64,000 nt of DNA from Mobula hypostoma (lineage: Eukaryota). Location: NCBI RefSeq assembly GCF_963921235.1, contig NC_086102.1:54374001-54438000 (forward strand), given 5' to 3'. A model generated the notes under the pieces. It saw only the letters and a program-made list of their open reading frames with translations, made no database searches and was not told the origin of the DNA. The stretch's first letter is position 1. Each line of letters begins with the position of its first letter. Below, in pieces: positions 25,141-37,438 of the stretch. The position numbers and the translations under genes are program-made.

Positions 25141-25909
25141 TGGTGGGAGGGGAGGGTAATGCCCTGGTAAAGGTTTTACTGCTAATGTTGCAGGGAATTT
25201 CATGTAATAGTTTTTTTGTAGAAGCAGTGTGTTCTACTGGCAGTATTTGGGTTACAGTTAAAGATAAGGGATGCTTCGGAATGTATGTGTCATCGAATCA
25301 GGAGGGTGGAACTGGGAGAAGACTCTAGAGAACGCTGGGGGAGCAGCTTTTGTGACCAGACACTGGTGCAGGTCGACATCTTTTTCGGTGGGAGATAGAG
25401 AGAGAATATGCTCGAGAGAACTGGCTGTACGATTTGATCAGGTGGGAACATGCGGTCTAATGGAGCCCAAGAGGGGAACTTCTACTGGGGAGCAGTGAAT
25501 TTGAGTTGGTGCAGTGAGTACACATCAGACACAATGGGTTTTGGAAGATTTGAGCTCCAACTGTGCACATTTGACTGTTTAGTTATAATGGGTCCTTTTT
25601 AAAATTTTTTTTCTTTCTTTTCTTGAATAACTATGGTTAAGTTAACAATCATAAATATACTCTCCTTATGCAGCATACAATCTGTTATTTCTTGCTGATG
25701 GGCGATTGCATGGGGCATTAAATCACACAGTATTCACACAAACAGCATGTGGGTAGGCGAGACATCCCAATCTTGTGGGCTTGACCGGACCGAAGTCGTA
25801 GACACCCTAGATATGTGGAGCTTGAGGAAGGTGGGTTTCTTGCCATGGAGTCAAGTGGTTGTTATCGAAGGGCTAATGGGCCTCTTTTCCAGAGACACCC
25901 AGTAAAAAG
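25141..25909 (+). repeat. Polypurine tract plus 3' LTR of Gypsy element 2
   Basis: TGGTGGGAGGGGAGG PPT, then GTAATGCCCTGG at 25156; terminal GGGTTTCA missing. Confidence 0.85.
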
Positions 25910-26460
25910 AATGGGATGTCTCTGTTAGGTGGAGAGATTTGGTAGGCTGGGTTTACTTCACCTGAAATGGGGAATGGGGGGACCTCATCAAAATGTACAA
26001 AATTATGAGGAAATAGATCGGGTAGACAGTGGTAAACCTTGCCACACAACATAGCATTTATAACCAGAGAGCACAGACTTAGGTAAAAACTAACAGGTTT
26101 GTGTGGAATATAAGGAAGAATTTTTTTCTCCCAGAGGGTGATTGGAGCTTGGAATGCAGTGTCTGAGAGGGTGCTAATCTCACAGTATTTAAGAAGTATC
26201 TAGAAGACCACTTAAATCAATGGCTCCCAAACATTTTTGGGTTACCACCCCCTTTTTGCCTATTACATAAAATCTGTAAAGAATTTTGATTTATGATGCA
26301 CAGTGAAAGAAAATAGGATGAACTGCAAATTCAAAGCTGTGGCAAATAATTGCAAAAATTATCAAATCTACTTAAAGCTACAAATAAAATTATTTCTTTA
26401 TTCAATTGCAGTAAAAACTATTTTCAACAATTTTAGAGTGTGCATTAGTAGTCCAACTCG

Positions 26461-26876
26461 TTGGAATTTAGAAGATTGAGGGGGGATCTGATTGAAACGT
26501 ATAAGATCCTAAAGGGATTGGACAGGCTAGATGCAGGAAGATTGTTCCCGATGTTGTGGGAGTCCAGAACGAGGGGTCACAGTTTGAGGATAGAGGGGAA
26601 GCCTTTTAGGACCGAGATTAGGAAAAACTTCTTCACACAGAGAGTGGTGAATCTGTGGAATTCTCTGCCACAGCAAACTGTTGAGGCCAGTTCATTGGCT
26701 ATGTTTAAGAGGGAGTTAGATAGGGCCCTTGTGGCTACAGGGGTCAGGGGGTATGGAGGGAAGGCTGGGGCAGGGTTCTGAGTTGGATGATCAGCCAAGA
26801 TCATAATAAATGGTGGTGCAGGCTCGAAGGGCCGAATGGCCTACTCCTGCACCTATTTTCTATGTTTCTATGTTTC
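26461..26876 (+). mobile_element. Young CR1 3' end nested in the hAT relic
   Basis: ORF 26461..26781 EFRRLRGDLIETYKIL...FFTQRVVNLWNSLP; (CTATGTTT)n tail. Confidence 0.9.
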
Positions 26877-27094
26877 ATTGCTTTTCAATGGGCTTGGCGC
26901 AGTGATATCAGCTTCTCAACATCAGGTTAAATATCACTCAGAAGGAGTCTCAGATCCCCATATTCAGTAGTTTGCATTCCATTTCATTGCTTTGAAAGAA
27001 GTTGGGCAACTGCATTGAAGTTGTGCTCCACTCAATGTGACGTTGGAAAGGCAATAAAGAACGCCTTACCCTTTTTCCACTGTGGAGGATTGTG

Positions 27095-27870
27095 TTCAGA
27101 GTTACAGAGTTCAAAGATACAAAGTTTCAAAGGACATTTATTATCAAAATATGTATTTAGTATACAACCCCGAGACTTGTCCTCCCGCAGAAAGCCAGGG
27201 GAAAAAAAAACCATGAAATCTATTTAAAGAAAATATCAAACATCCAATTCATGAACAAAGAACAAATCATGCAAACAGCAAAAAAGGAGGCAAATAACAT
27301 GCAGAATATTAAGCACAATCTGCATAGTTCCCAAAATGGTCCAGGAGTGAGAGACACTGAGTCAATTCAATTTAGCGCTGTGTTAAACTTGGTTCCACAC
27401 CAAGGCACTTAGATCGAATTGTGCAAATAACAAAAAAAGAACAAAATAACAGAAACTCATGGAACATGAACTGCAAAGTCCTCCAAAACAAGTCCACAAT
27501 CACGGTTTGCATTCAGTGCTGAGGACATTAAACATCAAACCGCAAAGTTTCCTAAAAAAGCCCCACAGCCACAAGCCATACCACCGAGGCTTTCAAGCAT
27601 ACACCTTCCTCCAGCAGCATTGAGAGGGAGACTAGTCAAATGCAGGCAGGTGGTGCTGAACACCAACTCATCTTCGACTCTCATCATTGTTGATTTCTAT
27701 CTTGCTTGACCTTTTAATTGGCAAGGAGTAATAGAGCTGGCCATGGATTTGCATTTCGCCATTGAGAAATGATGGCTATATACTCTGCTCCCAACCTCGC
27801 CAAATTCCCCAGGAAATAGTGAAAGTGTCACTCATTGCTCAGTCGGCCCAAAAACACATAAAAAAATTGA
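27095..27870 (-). mobile_element. Unclassified retroposon 3' fragment interrupting the transposase
   Basis: (TTTGAAC)-like tail and AATAAA on the minus strand at about 27105-27145; similar tail at about 55390. Confidence 0.4.
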
Positions 27871-28728
27871 AACTACAGCCCACAATTGATCGCAGTTCAG
27901 AAAAGAAGCATATTTAAAAGACGAAGATGTAGAAGTAGTTCATGAGCTAATTGCAGCATTTCACCATTCGTCACATGGGTTGCTGCAAGCAGAAGTCTGG
28001 ACATGATTATTTTTGAACCTTTGCTTCAGCTCAAAGTCATTCTGTAGTGAGATCAGTTCTTCCTTTATCCTTCCTGTTAATTCCTCATTACATGTGCTCA
28101 GGATGGCACTTGTCACCCAATCAGGAATTTGGATTGAGAGAAAATCCTGAAGTCTCTCTAACATGTCTTTATACAGTTCACCAAGTGGATACAGTATACT
28201 TGAAGATCATCTTCTGGTATTCTTTCTTTCTCTTCCAAGAGAGAGGGGCTTGGAAATTGGAAAAGGTCCACTTAAATAGGGTTAACTGTACTCAGAACCT
28301 CTTACTGCTGGCAGAATCAGTTCTTCTCCAATTGTATGGGGTTTTCCAGATTTAGCAATGAACAATAAAATGTTATATGGAGCACATGAACCATTAGTGG
28401 TTTGTTGTGATGTTCTGACAAGCATGTTTTGAAGTGCTTTCCTTTTCTGAAATTTTTCATGAAGTGACTGAAAATAAGCCAAGTTCTTGTTTGCTTTATC
28501 AGAGTGTATTCTCTTCAAGTGGTAAAAGAACCTAGCTGGTTTCATTGTCTCGTCTGAAGAAACTTTTTCACACAACAGACACATTGGCCGCTGCTGATTG
28601 CTTTGTGCTGGTATAAATCTATGATTTCAGACACTCCACACCATACTGTCTACACTTCTTTATTGTTTGATCCGATCCGGTTCTGCCATTTTTGTTATGG
28701 ATTAACGATCATGGTCAATCACCTGTTG

Positions 28729-28920
28729 CAGGGGTGGCCAACTTTACATTCCATGCATCAATTTTTTCACTCACAAGTTCAGATGCACCATACAACTCTT
28801 GTACCCCCATTCAATTCTTGTAAAAATATGTTAATGTAGAATTCGTGCGTGAAAAAAATCGCATCTGAACGCATGCGTGAAAAAATTGACGCATGGAGTG
28901 TAAAAGGTTGGCCACCTCTG
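28729..28920. mobile_element. hAT-type MITE
   Basis: TIR CAGGGGTGGCCAAC / GTTGGCCACCTCTG; 8-bp TSD acctgttg/acctattg. Confidence 0.85.
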
Positions 28921-30082
28921 ACCTATTGTTTAAATCCAACTTCAAGTGTTAGGATCAATAAAGTGGAAAGTTATGACTGCACATAGCCCAGGCAAACCCT
29001 GACTCTCTGCCTGAAGGTACATAAAGTGGGGCAGCAATATTTTGGTTGGCTGTGAGCTAGGGCAGATTCTGAACTTTACCTGATTGAATGCCATATCTTA
29101 TTTCACAGAGATTGTGTCATTGTGCGAATACAGAATGGGAATCGTATTACATACGCTAGTAAGTAGAGAACGGCAATGATAGATGGGCCGGGCCCAGAAA
29201 TAACATGATTTCTTCAGTCTAGATTTCTCATGATATGCCAAATATTGAAGCGTCACATTATTTTTCAACGACTAGAACACACTTTGAGCAAAGTACAAGA
29301 GAATGGTGGGTTAGCAAGAGCTAAGGTGATTATTGTAATCAATTATGAGGCAGTGAGGTTCAAGTGCTTATAGTAAGTAATTCCTTGCTTAAATTAAGCC
29401 TGTAGTCCCTCAGCTACCCCCCTTGCTACCAAGCGCCCCTTCACTGCTCCCTTTATCTTCATTGTCCCCTTAGAAACTCCCAATGCCCCTGGGGGAAGGC
29501 GATATGGAACCATTGATTTAAATCATCAACATGTAGAAATTCATGGACTAAGTGCTGGTAATTGGAATAGTAGAGCTGAATACTTATTAGTTGGCATAGA
29601 CAGAGTGGACCAATTCAGTCCTCAGGTCTGAAAAGGAAAGGCTACAGTATCAGCAGATACTTTGTATTCTTCCAAAATTCCCAAGTTTTCCTAAAATTTA
29701 TTAATTCAAGGCATATAATCTCACCACGATGAGCAGCATGTGCAGTGCACCCTTAATTACTCTAAAATAAAGAGGGATTTAACAGTCTACTATATTGGTC
29801 CATCTGGGAAAGACTTGGTAAGGATAGCAGATTTAATTTCCTCAAGGACATCAATGAACCAGAAGCATTTTTACTTCAGTCTGGTAGTTTCACAACCACC
29901 ACTTCTGATACTATTTTCAAGAAAATTTGGTTAATTACTTGCATTTTAATTCTACACCTGTATTATGGATTCAATTTCAAGCCTTTAAATCTTGCTCCTT
30001 GGCCAGTAATTTAATTGCTAAAAGCGCATAGCTAATTCTGGAAATATCCCAACTGATTGGAAATGACACAATGTAGCAGCCA

Positions 30083-30286
30083 GCTGGTGGTGTAGTGGCA
30101 TCAGCACTGGACTTCAAGGCAGATGATCCTGAGTTCAAACCCAGCCGGGTCCCAACTTGGGCAGTAGCACTATCTGTGTGGAAGGCAGGCCTGGCAATCT
30201 ACTTTCATGGCAATCTTGCCATGAAGGACATATGGTCCATGAGGTCATATTGAGTTGGACTCAACTTAACAAATGAACAACAACAA
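30083..30286 (+). mobile_element. tRNA-derived SINE with RTE-type tail
   Basis: A box-like GGTGTAGTGG, B box GAGTTCAAACC (30131-30141), 3' GAGTTGGACTCAACTT...(CAA)n. Confidence 0.7.
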
Positions 30287-30559
30287 AACTCCTACTATGA
30301 AACTATGAATAGGGAACTATGGCCAATTATCTTCACATCCATCATTGGGAAGATGTTGCAATCCATTTAGACTTTGTGAATGCAATAAGCAGTGTAGATA
30401 AATTGGAACAAATAGATGTAAAATGATTTTTTTTGCCACTTATATGGTTACTGCATTTGTTTCCAAGAATATATATACAAAGCCTATTGGTTGTGTTATT
30501 TTAAAGGAAGTCCATTAATTTTTTTTGAAAGTGCAGATTCTAATAATTTGACATGGCAC

Positions 30560-33433
30560 TGACAACAGCTCAACAAAGAGCAAACATGGAGAATGATTAA
30601 GAGGATGGGAGGAGATAGAAGGGAATGGGAATATCCAGTAATGATATCTGAGGAGGAAACAGCAGTCTCCAGTAGGGATAAGGCTGAGATCATGGCCAAG
30701 TCATTTGTACAGATACACAGTTCAGAAAATTTGTCTGAAGAAGAGGGAAGGAGAAGGGAAAGAACAATGAGTCAGCACCCAGGTGTTTTAAACAGGAGGG
30801 AAGAAACTGATGATATAATTGATGATCCATTTATTTTGGCAGAAATGGTGAGGGCAATAAAGAGATCGAGACCAATCTTCCCAGGGAAAGATCTGATACG
30901 CTATGTTATGCTAAAAAAATCTAGGAGAAGGAGCATTTTTATAACAGAGTGTGGGAAGAGGGAAGATTACCAAGTGCATGGAAAGAAGCAGTAATAATTC
31001 CAATAGGGAAACCTGGCAAGGATCAGTCAAAACCCACTAGCTACAGACCAATATCATTAACATCAAATATATGCAAGATAATGGAAAGGATGATAACTGA
31101 AAGGTTATCGTATGAGCTTGAGAAGAGGGGAATACTGGCAAGTTATCAGAGTGGTTTTAGGAAGGGAAGGAATTCCATGGACTCAGTGAAAACGTTAGAG
31201 ACTGAAATAAGAAAGGCCCAGGCAAATAAAGAGTCAGTAGTTGCAGTGTTTGTTGACATAGAAAAAGCCTATGATATGATGTGGAAGGAAGGATTGTTAA
31301 TTGAACTGCACAAGATGGGGGTTGGTGGGAGAGTATTTAATTGGATAAAAGGTTTTTTGTTTGGTAGAAAGATTCAAGTTCGGATTGGATTAGAATTATC
31401 AAAACAGTACATAGTGGAAAATGGCACACCTCAAGGTAGTGTGATTAGCCTGTTACTTTTCATCATTATGATCAATGATGTCTTCACAAAGGTACCAGTG
31501 GATATAGGTAGGACTCTGTTTGCGGATGATGCGGCCTTGGGGAAAAGAGGCAGAAACATGGAGCATATAATCAGGAAACTACAAGGAGCAATTGATGAAG
31601 TGGTGGAGTGGGGTTATGATTGAGGATGTAGATTTTCAGTAGAAAAAACTCAAGCTGTATTTTTCACCAGGAAAAAATTGATGTTGGGAAGAAGTTAAGG
31701 ATGTATGGGATTGAATTAGAAAGGGTTGAACTTTTAAAATTTCTGGGAGTTATATTTGATTCACGATTAACATGGGCAGACCATATCAGGAAAGTTGAGG
31801 AGAAACGTAAAAAAAGTAATAAATGTGATGAGATGTTTGACTGGTAGGGAATGGGGAGCAAGTTGTTCAGCGTTGAAGAGAATGTATGTGGCTTTAGTGA
31901 GATCTGTGTTGGACTATGGAAATATAGTATATGGATCAGCAGCTAGGTCTCTTACAAGGAAACTGGATGTGATTCAGGCTCTGGCTTTGAGAGTGTGCAA
32001 TGGGGCTTTAAAAACATCACCAGTATCAGCCCGACAGGTAGAAGTGGGAGTAATGCCTTTGGAACTAAGAAGGATGCAATTGATGGCAAACTACTGGGCT
32101 AATTAGCAGGGGCACAATGATTCTCACCCGGCAAAAGGAGTGTTGCAGGAGTGCTGGGAAAATGGGAGGTTTCAGAGGGATAACTTTAGTCGGGTAGGGA
32201 ATGATATTGCTAAAGAATGTGGAGTGTTTGATCTAAGGATAAGTCCTTCAGTAGTTTATCCGGTTGTAGCTCCACGGAAGATTGTATGGCTTGACATAGA
32301 CTGGCATTTGCTAGAGGTAAAAAGGAAAGGAAAATATAAAACTGATTTGGTAAATGCATTTAACTGTCATGTGAGGGAAAAGTATAGTGATTATACTCAG
32401 ATTTATATGGATGGTGCTAAGGAACCTGAAACAGGAGTGACAGGGTTTGGGGTGGCTATACCAGCAAAAGAAATTGGAATCAACAGAAGAACATCTAATA
32501 AGTTAGGGGTGTTTACAGTGGAGATGCTGGCAGTGTTGCTTGCATTGTGATGGGTGGAGAAAGCTAGACAAGTCAAAATGTTGATATGCTCAGATTCATC
32601 CTCAGTTCTAGCAAGTTTAAGGTTTTTACACTCAAACAGTTGGCAAGATGTACTTTATGAAGTCCTTCAGTCAGTCACAAGAATTGCAAATCAGGGAGGT
32701 CAGGTAAAATTTCTATGGGTTCCAGCACATGTGGGGGTGAAGGGGAATGAGAGGGTGGATGAGTTGGCAAAGAGGGCGCTGAAGAAAGAAAATATAGAAA
32801 TGCACATTAGTATCAGTAAAGCAGAGGTTAAGTGTGTAATCTGGGAAAAAAAATCAACCAAATGTGGTAAGGAAGATGGGACAGGGAGGGGAAAGGGAGG
32901 CATTTATATCAAATACAAAAGAGTGTTGCAGGTACTAGGGTAGGTAGTGGAAACAGAAGAGAGGAAACTGTGTGGACTAGGTTAAGGCTGGGGCATTGTG
33001 CATTAAACAAAACATTGAAAATGATAGGGAAACACCAGACAGGACTGTGTGAGGAATGTCAGGAAGAGGAGTCAGTAGAACATGTAGTTCTGAGTTGCAG
33101 GAAGTATGGGATAGAGAGATGATGAGAATTAATCTAAGGGAATTGGGGGTGCAGGAATTCACATTAAAAGGGTGAGAGAGCACAGGTCAGGGTATTTTTA
33201 GCTTTCTTAAGGGATACAGGGTTTTTTTTATAGGATATGATGGATAAGCAGGAATAGGGTACTAGGATGGCCAAAAATGGGAGGATAAGGTATAGGCTAG
33301 GGTATGTGTGGGTGTGTGATTGGGTGAAGGTATTTAGAATGTAAGTCTATTGCACATTCCAGAGCAGAAGGTGGTGGTAATGCACCATTAAGCTGGGTGC
33401 CAACCGCCGTAAAACAAGACAAAGAAGAGAAGA
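30560..33433 (+). mobile_element. I-group (Nimb-like) LINE with RNase H, 5' truncated
   Basis: RT (GTPQGSVIS, LFADD), RNase H (IYMDGAK, ICSDSSS, FLWVPAHVGVKGNERVDELAK), C-terminal CEECQEEESVEHVVLSC, (GAA)n tail. Confidence 0.85.
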
Positions 33434-34168
33434 TGACAGACAGACAGACGGACTCACTCTTTGGCAGTGAAAGAGATGGCAGGGTATGTGTTGCCTCCTG
33501 GATGCTGCAGTCTAGAAAGTCCTTGGATTATTGGAACCTCCTCAGGGGCAGGAGTGACCTTTACAAGAGAGATAGGCTGCACCTTAACTGCAGGGGAATC
33601 AATATCCTGACTGGGAGATTTACTAGTGCTCTTTGGAGGGGATTAAATTACTTTGACAGTAGTGGGGGGGGCATGAGGGGGAGTGGTGGAAAGCGGAGCA
33701 CCAGATCAGAAAGTAGAAGAATTGTGAGAAAGGTAGACGTCATGAAGAGGCAGGAGCAGAGTAATAGACACAATTAGACAGATGCATTGCCATGTTTTGT
33801 TGCTGGAAATATGAGTAAGGATGTTGAATCTAGAGCATGGATCAGCACATGGAACTGATGTTGTGGCTGTAACAGAGACTTGGTTGAGAGAGGGAGATTA
33901 GTGGATGCTTAATGCTCCAGGGTTTCAATGTTTTAGAAAAGATGGATGTGAGTAACAAGTGGGGCATGTGGGGAGTGAATGGCAGGGAAACAATGCTATT
34001 AATCAGGGGCAATGGCACAGCTGCGTTCAAAGCGGCATAATGGTAACCTCTTCCACATGGTCTAGTGGAAGAGAAAGGAAGCGTATGTAAGGTTTCGGAA
34101 GCTAAATTCCAAACAGAACCACCGAGGATTATAACAAAGCCAGAACAGGTAACTAAGAAAACCAAGAG

Positions 34169-35023
34169 TGTCATAATGGGAGGTGGGGGGCAATGGGGAA
34201 CAGACCCAAATGCAAGACAGACACTGAAGTACTAGGAACAGGACAGGACAAAACTAAATGTCAGGATAGGACACAGACTAGGAGTAGGGACAGGAACACA
34301 GACTAAGCTAGGGGAGCAGGACCAGGACGCGGGACTGGGAACAAGGAGCCTGGGCATGGACTCCGAGCCAGAGACTGGACAAAGACCCAGAACCTGGGTT
34401 TTGACTCAGGCTCAGACCCCAAAACCAGGCAAAGGTGTGGCAAAGCCTGGGTTCCTGGGGAGCAGGCAAAGACATGGCAAGGCCCAGGTTCCTGGGGAGC
34501 GGGCAAAGGCATGGCACAGCCCAGGTTCCTGGGGAGCAGGCAAAGGCATGGCACGGCCCAGGTTCCTGGGGAGCAGGCAAAGGCATGGCAAAGGCACAAT
34601 AGGGCAAGGGTACTTCAAGGCAACTCCTGGGCAGTACACAGGACTCCAGTCCACAGAGGCAAGGACATGGAGGGACAGACCCAATCACAGGGTAACAGCA
34701 ATCAGGCTGGCTTACCCAACAGAGGCAAGGGACAGGAAGGGAGCTAGGCTCAAGGCAGCCAGTAACCTCAGCAGGCTACAGAACAGCCAACTCCATATCC
34801 TGATAACTGCATTAGCCTTCCACCAGTCAGTTACTCTTAGGGGGGAAACTGACCAGACAACCCAACCACCACACCTGATCCCAGGGCCACTTATATTCCC
34901 AGTCCCAAGATGAACATCAGGTGCTTATGGTTAAGTCCAACTGAAACAAGGGATAGCCGGAAGACCTGGAGTCCGCGGACTGGACTGTGAACCGGAATGC
35001 GGACTTTGGACCGGACCATGACA
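34169..35023. mobile_element. Solo LTR (855 bp) with 5-bp TSD
   Basis: Ends TGTCAT...ATGACA; AAGAG at 34164-34168 and 35024-35028. Confidence 0.85.
34427..34590. repeat. 37-bp tandem repeat (about 4.4 copies) inside the solo LTR
   Basis: GGTTCCTGGGGAGCAGGCAAAGGCATGGCACAGCCCA-like units start at 34450, 34487, 34524 and 34561. Confidence 0.9.
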
Positions 35024-35290
35024 AAGAGAGGCCATGAAAGGTCCAAGGTAAGTTGGATTAAAGACAGTCCCACATCATTATATACATCAAGAGCAAGAGG
35101 CTAAATAGGATGTGGGTAGGATCACACAAGGATAAAGGAGGGAACATGTGCTTGGAGATGGAGGAAGTGGGTGAGGTCCTAAAAGAGTACTTTGCATCAG
35201 TATTTATCAAGGAGAAGGATGTGGACGATAGAGTGAGCTGTATGGAGTGTGCTAATTTGCTAAGGCATTTCAAGATAAAGGAGGTGGTAT

Positions 35291-35430
35291 CACACATAAA
35301 CGTTGCTGGTGAACACAGCAGGTCAGGCAGCATCTCTAGGAAGAGGATGCTGCCTGGCCTGCAGCGTTCACTAGCAATTTTTATGTGTGTTGCTCGAAAT
35401 TCCAGCATCTGCAGATTTCCTCGTGTTTGC
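35291..35430. repeat. Penelope-derived fold-back insert (older)
   Basis: Arms 35291-35334 and 35346-35389; decayed TSD aaaggaggtggtat/aaaggagatagtgt (11 of 14 match). Confidence 0.8.
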
Positions 35431-35886
35431 ATTTTTAAAGGAGATAGTGTTGGGTCTCTTAATAGCATTAACCGTATAATCATATAACAATTACAGCATG
35501 GAAACAGGCCATCTCGGCCCTTCTAGTCCATGCCGAATGCTTACTCTCATGTAGTCCCACCGAATATAACCATATAACAATTACAGCAGGGAAATAGCAT
35601 TAACGCAGATAACTCCCCAGGGCCTATTGGAATATGCCCCTGGTTATTGAAAAAGCAAGAGAAGAGACCTCTGGGGCTTTTACCAATACTTTTGTTCTGT
35701 CTAACCACAGGCGAGGCCCTGGAGGACTGGCAAGTCACTAATGTTGTTCCATTATTTAAGGGAAATGGGGTTAATCCTGGAAACTATAGACTGATGAGTC
35801 TCACGGCAGTGGTAAGGAAGTTACTGAAATGATTCTTCAGGGTAGTATCTATGAGTAATTGGAAAACCATGACTGAATTAGATATA

Positions 35887-36090
35887 TACATCAAAGTTGC
35901 TGGTGAATGCAGCAGGCCAGGCAGCATCTATAGGAAGAGGCGCAGTCGACGTTTCAGGCCGACGAAGGGTCTCGGCCTGAAACGTCGACTGCGCCTCTTC
36001 CTATAGATGCTGCCTGGCCTGCTGCGTTCACCAGCAACTTTGATGTATGTTGCTTGAATTTCCAGCATCTGCAGAATTCCTGTTGTTTGC
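35887..36090. repeat. Penelope-derived fold-back insert with 16-bp TSD
   Basis: 77-bp arms 35886-35962 and 35972-36048 (1 mismatch); GACTGAATTAGATATA at 35871-35886 and 36091-36106. Confidence 0.95.
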
Positions 36091-37232
36091 GACTGAATTA
36101 GATATAATCAACATGGCTTTGTTAAGGGCAAGTCAGTGGCTGATGTGATTTATTCTGGCTAGAGTTCTGTGACTAGTGGTGTTCTGCAGGGATCTCTACT
36201 GGGACCTTGGCTAAACATAGATAGGTGGATTAGTAAGTTTGCAGATAATACAAAGATTGATAATGTTGTGAATAACACAGAAGACTGGCAAAGGATACAG
36301 CAGAATATACATCAGTGCAGACATAAACAAAGAAATGGCAGATGGAGTTTAACCCTGACCAATATGAAGCATTACTCCTTGTGAAATCATATGTAAAGAG
36401 ACAGTACTCTATTAATGGCAACACCTTGCAGTACTGATGTACAAAGAGATCTTGTGGTCCAGGTCCATAAATCTCTGAAAATGGTTGCACTGGTTACTTG
36501 CGTGTAAAAATGGCATATGGTATGCTTGTCTTTATTAGTTGAGTAACTGAATTCAACAGTTAGGAAGTTATGTTGCAGATTTATAAAACTCTAGTTAGAC
36601 CATAGCTGAAGCATATCATTCAATTCTGGTTGCCACTTTACAAGAAGGATGTTGAGGCTTTGAAGATGATGCAGGTGAGGTCAGCTAGGATTTTGCAGTA
36701 CTATAAGGAGAGGAGGTTGGGTAGATAGGTCCTTTTCTCTGGAGTGGCAGAGGATAAAGGGAGATCTGTTTAAATTTTATAAGCTTGAGAGGCATAGATA
36801 AAGAGCTGGTATATTTTTCTCAGGGTTGAAATCTTTAATACCAGGGGTCACTCATTTAAGGTGAGAAAGGGTAAATTCAAAGGAGATGGGTGGGGTAAGT
36901 TGTTTTAACAATAGTGTGTACCTGGGATGTATTGTGTGAGGTAATGGTGGTGGTGGTGAAGGCAAATACAATAGCGATGTTCAAGATGCTCTTGGGTAGG
37001 CAGATGAATGTGGAGGAAATAGAAGGATATGGACATTGTGTAGGCAGAGGGGATTTGTTTAGTTAGACATGTTAAACCTTTAAGAGCTTGGAACTTCAGG
37101 GACAATGAGTCTGACTGTGTTTGTGTAGTTTATAAAGGTGTTCCTGAAATGCTATGTTTCTTGAAGTAAATATATTGTTTACATTATATTAGGTTAGTAG
37201 GAGTGCCAAGAATGTACATAATTTAAGCTGTA

Positions 37233-37238
37233 TTTATT
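37233..37238 (-). promoter_or_regulatory. Candidate polyadenylation signal of the Ig-domain gene
   Basis: AATAAA on the minus strand about 200 nt past the proposed stop at 37441-37439. Confidence 0.35.
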
Positions 37239-37438
37239 CAAAGGAAATGGTTTTATCTTTAGCACTGATACTGGTTCACATACCGGTGTTGCCTAAATTT
37301 TCTTTATGACATTTACTTGTTCAGAAATTGATAGAATGAGTTATTTCATACTCTCTGTATGAATCATTCACAGAATTAACTTTTGTATTGCACGCCATCC
37401 TTTGTAGTCCATTCCTGTGTATAGATGTGGGGTCATTG

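Larger units (their letters stand above)
16921..25909 (+). mobile_element. Gypsy LTR retrotransposon with PNMA-like gag, near full length, decayed
   Basis: LTRs 16921-17789 and 25156-25909; gag WCDSKRLPITNACVLS...ERQRSDNVKRQQLVESLKGLA with Zn knuckle; protease ILDPGSQ; RT VFLDD; RNase H LHTD/TDNN; integrase ORF 22879..23583 (PR-RT-RH-IN order). Confidence 0.9.
26218..29515 (-). mobile_element. hAT (Charlie/ZBED5-like) DNA transposon relic
   Basis: Imperfect TIRs CAATGGCTCCCA / TGGAACCATTG; 8-bp TSD acttaaat/atttaaat; transposase pieces CLLCEKVSSDETMKP, IAKSGKPHTIGEELILPA, EELISLQND, GDLRLLLSDI...RQAH. Confidence 0.85.
33500..37070 (+). mobile_element. Fragmented old CR1 (ORF1 esterase end plus ORF2) hosting several inserts
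   Basis: RDRLHLNCRGINIL (SGNH-esterase end), GEVLKEYFASVF, EDWQVTNVVPLFK, SKFADN. Confidence 0.75.

Noticed and set aside
34450-34590. Regular 37-bp repeats as a possible CRISPR array
   Set aside because: Units are contiguous with no unique spacers, there are no cas genes and the DNA is vertebrate
34303-34913. Overlapping Pro/Cys-rich ORFs on both strands
   Set aside because: Produced by the 37-bp tandem repeat in the solo LTR
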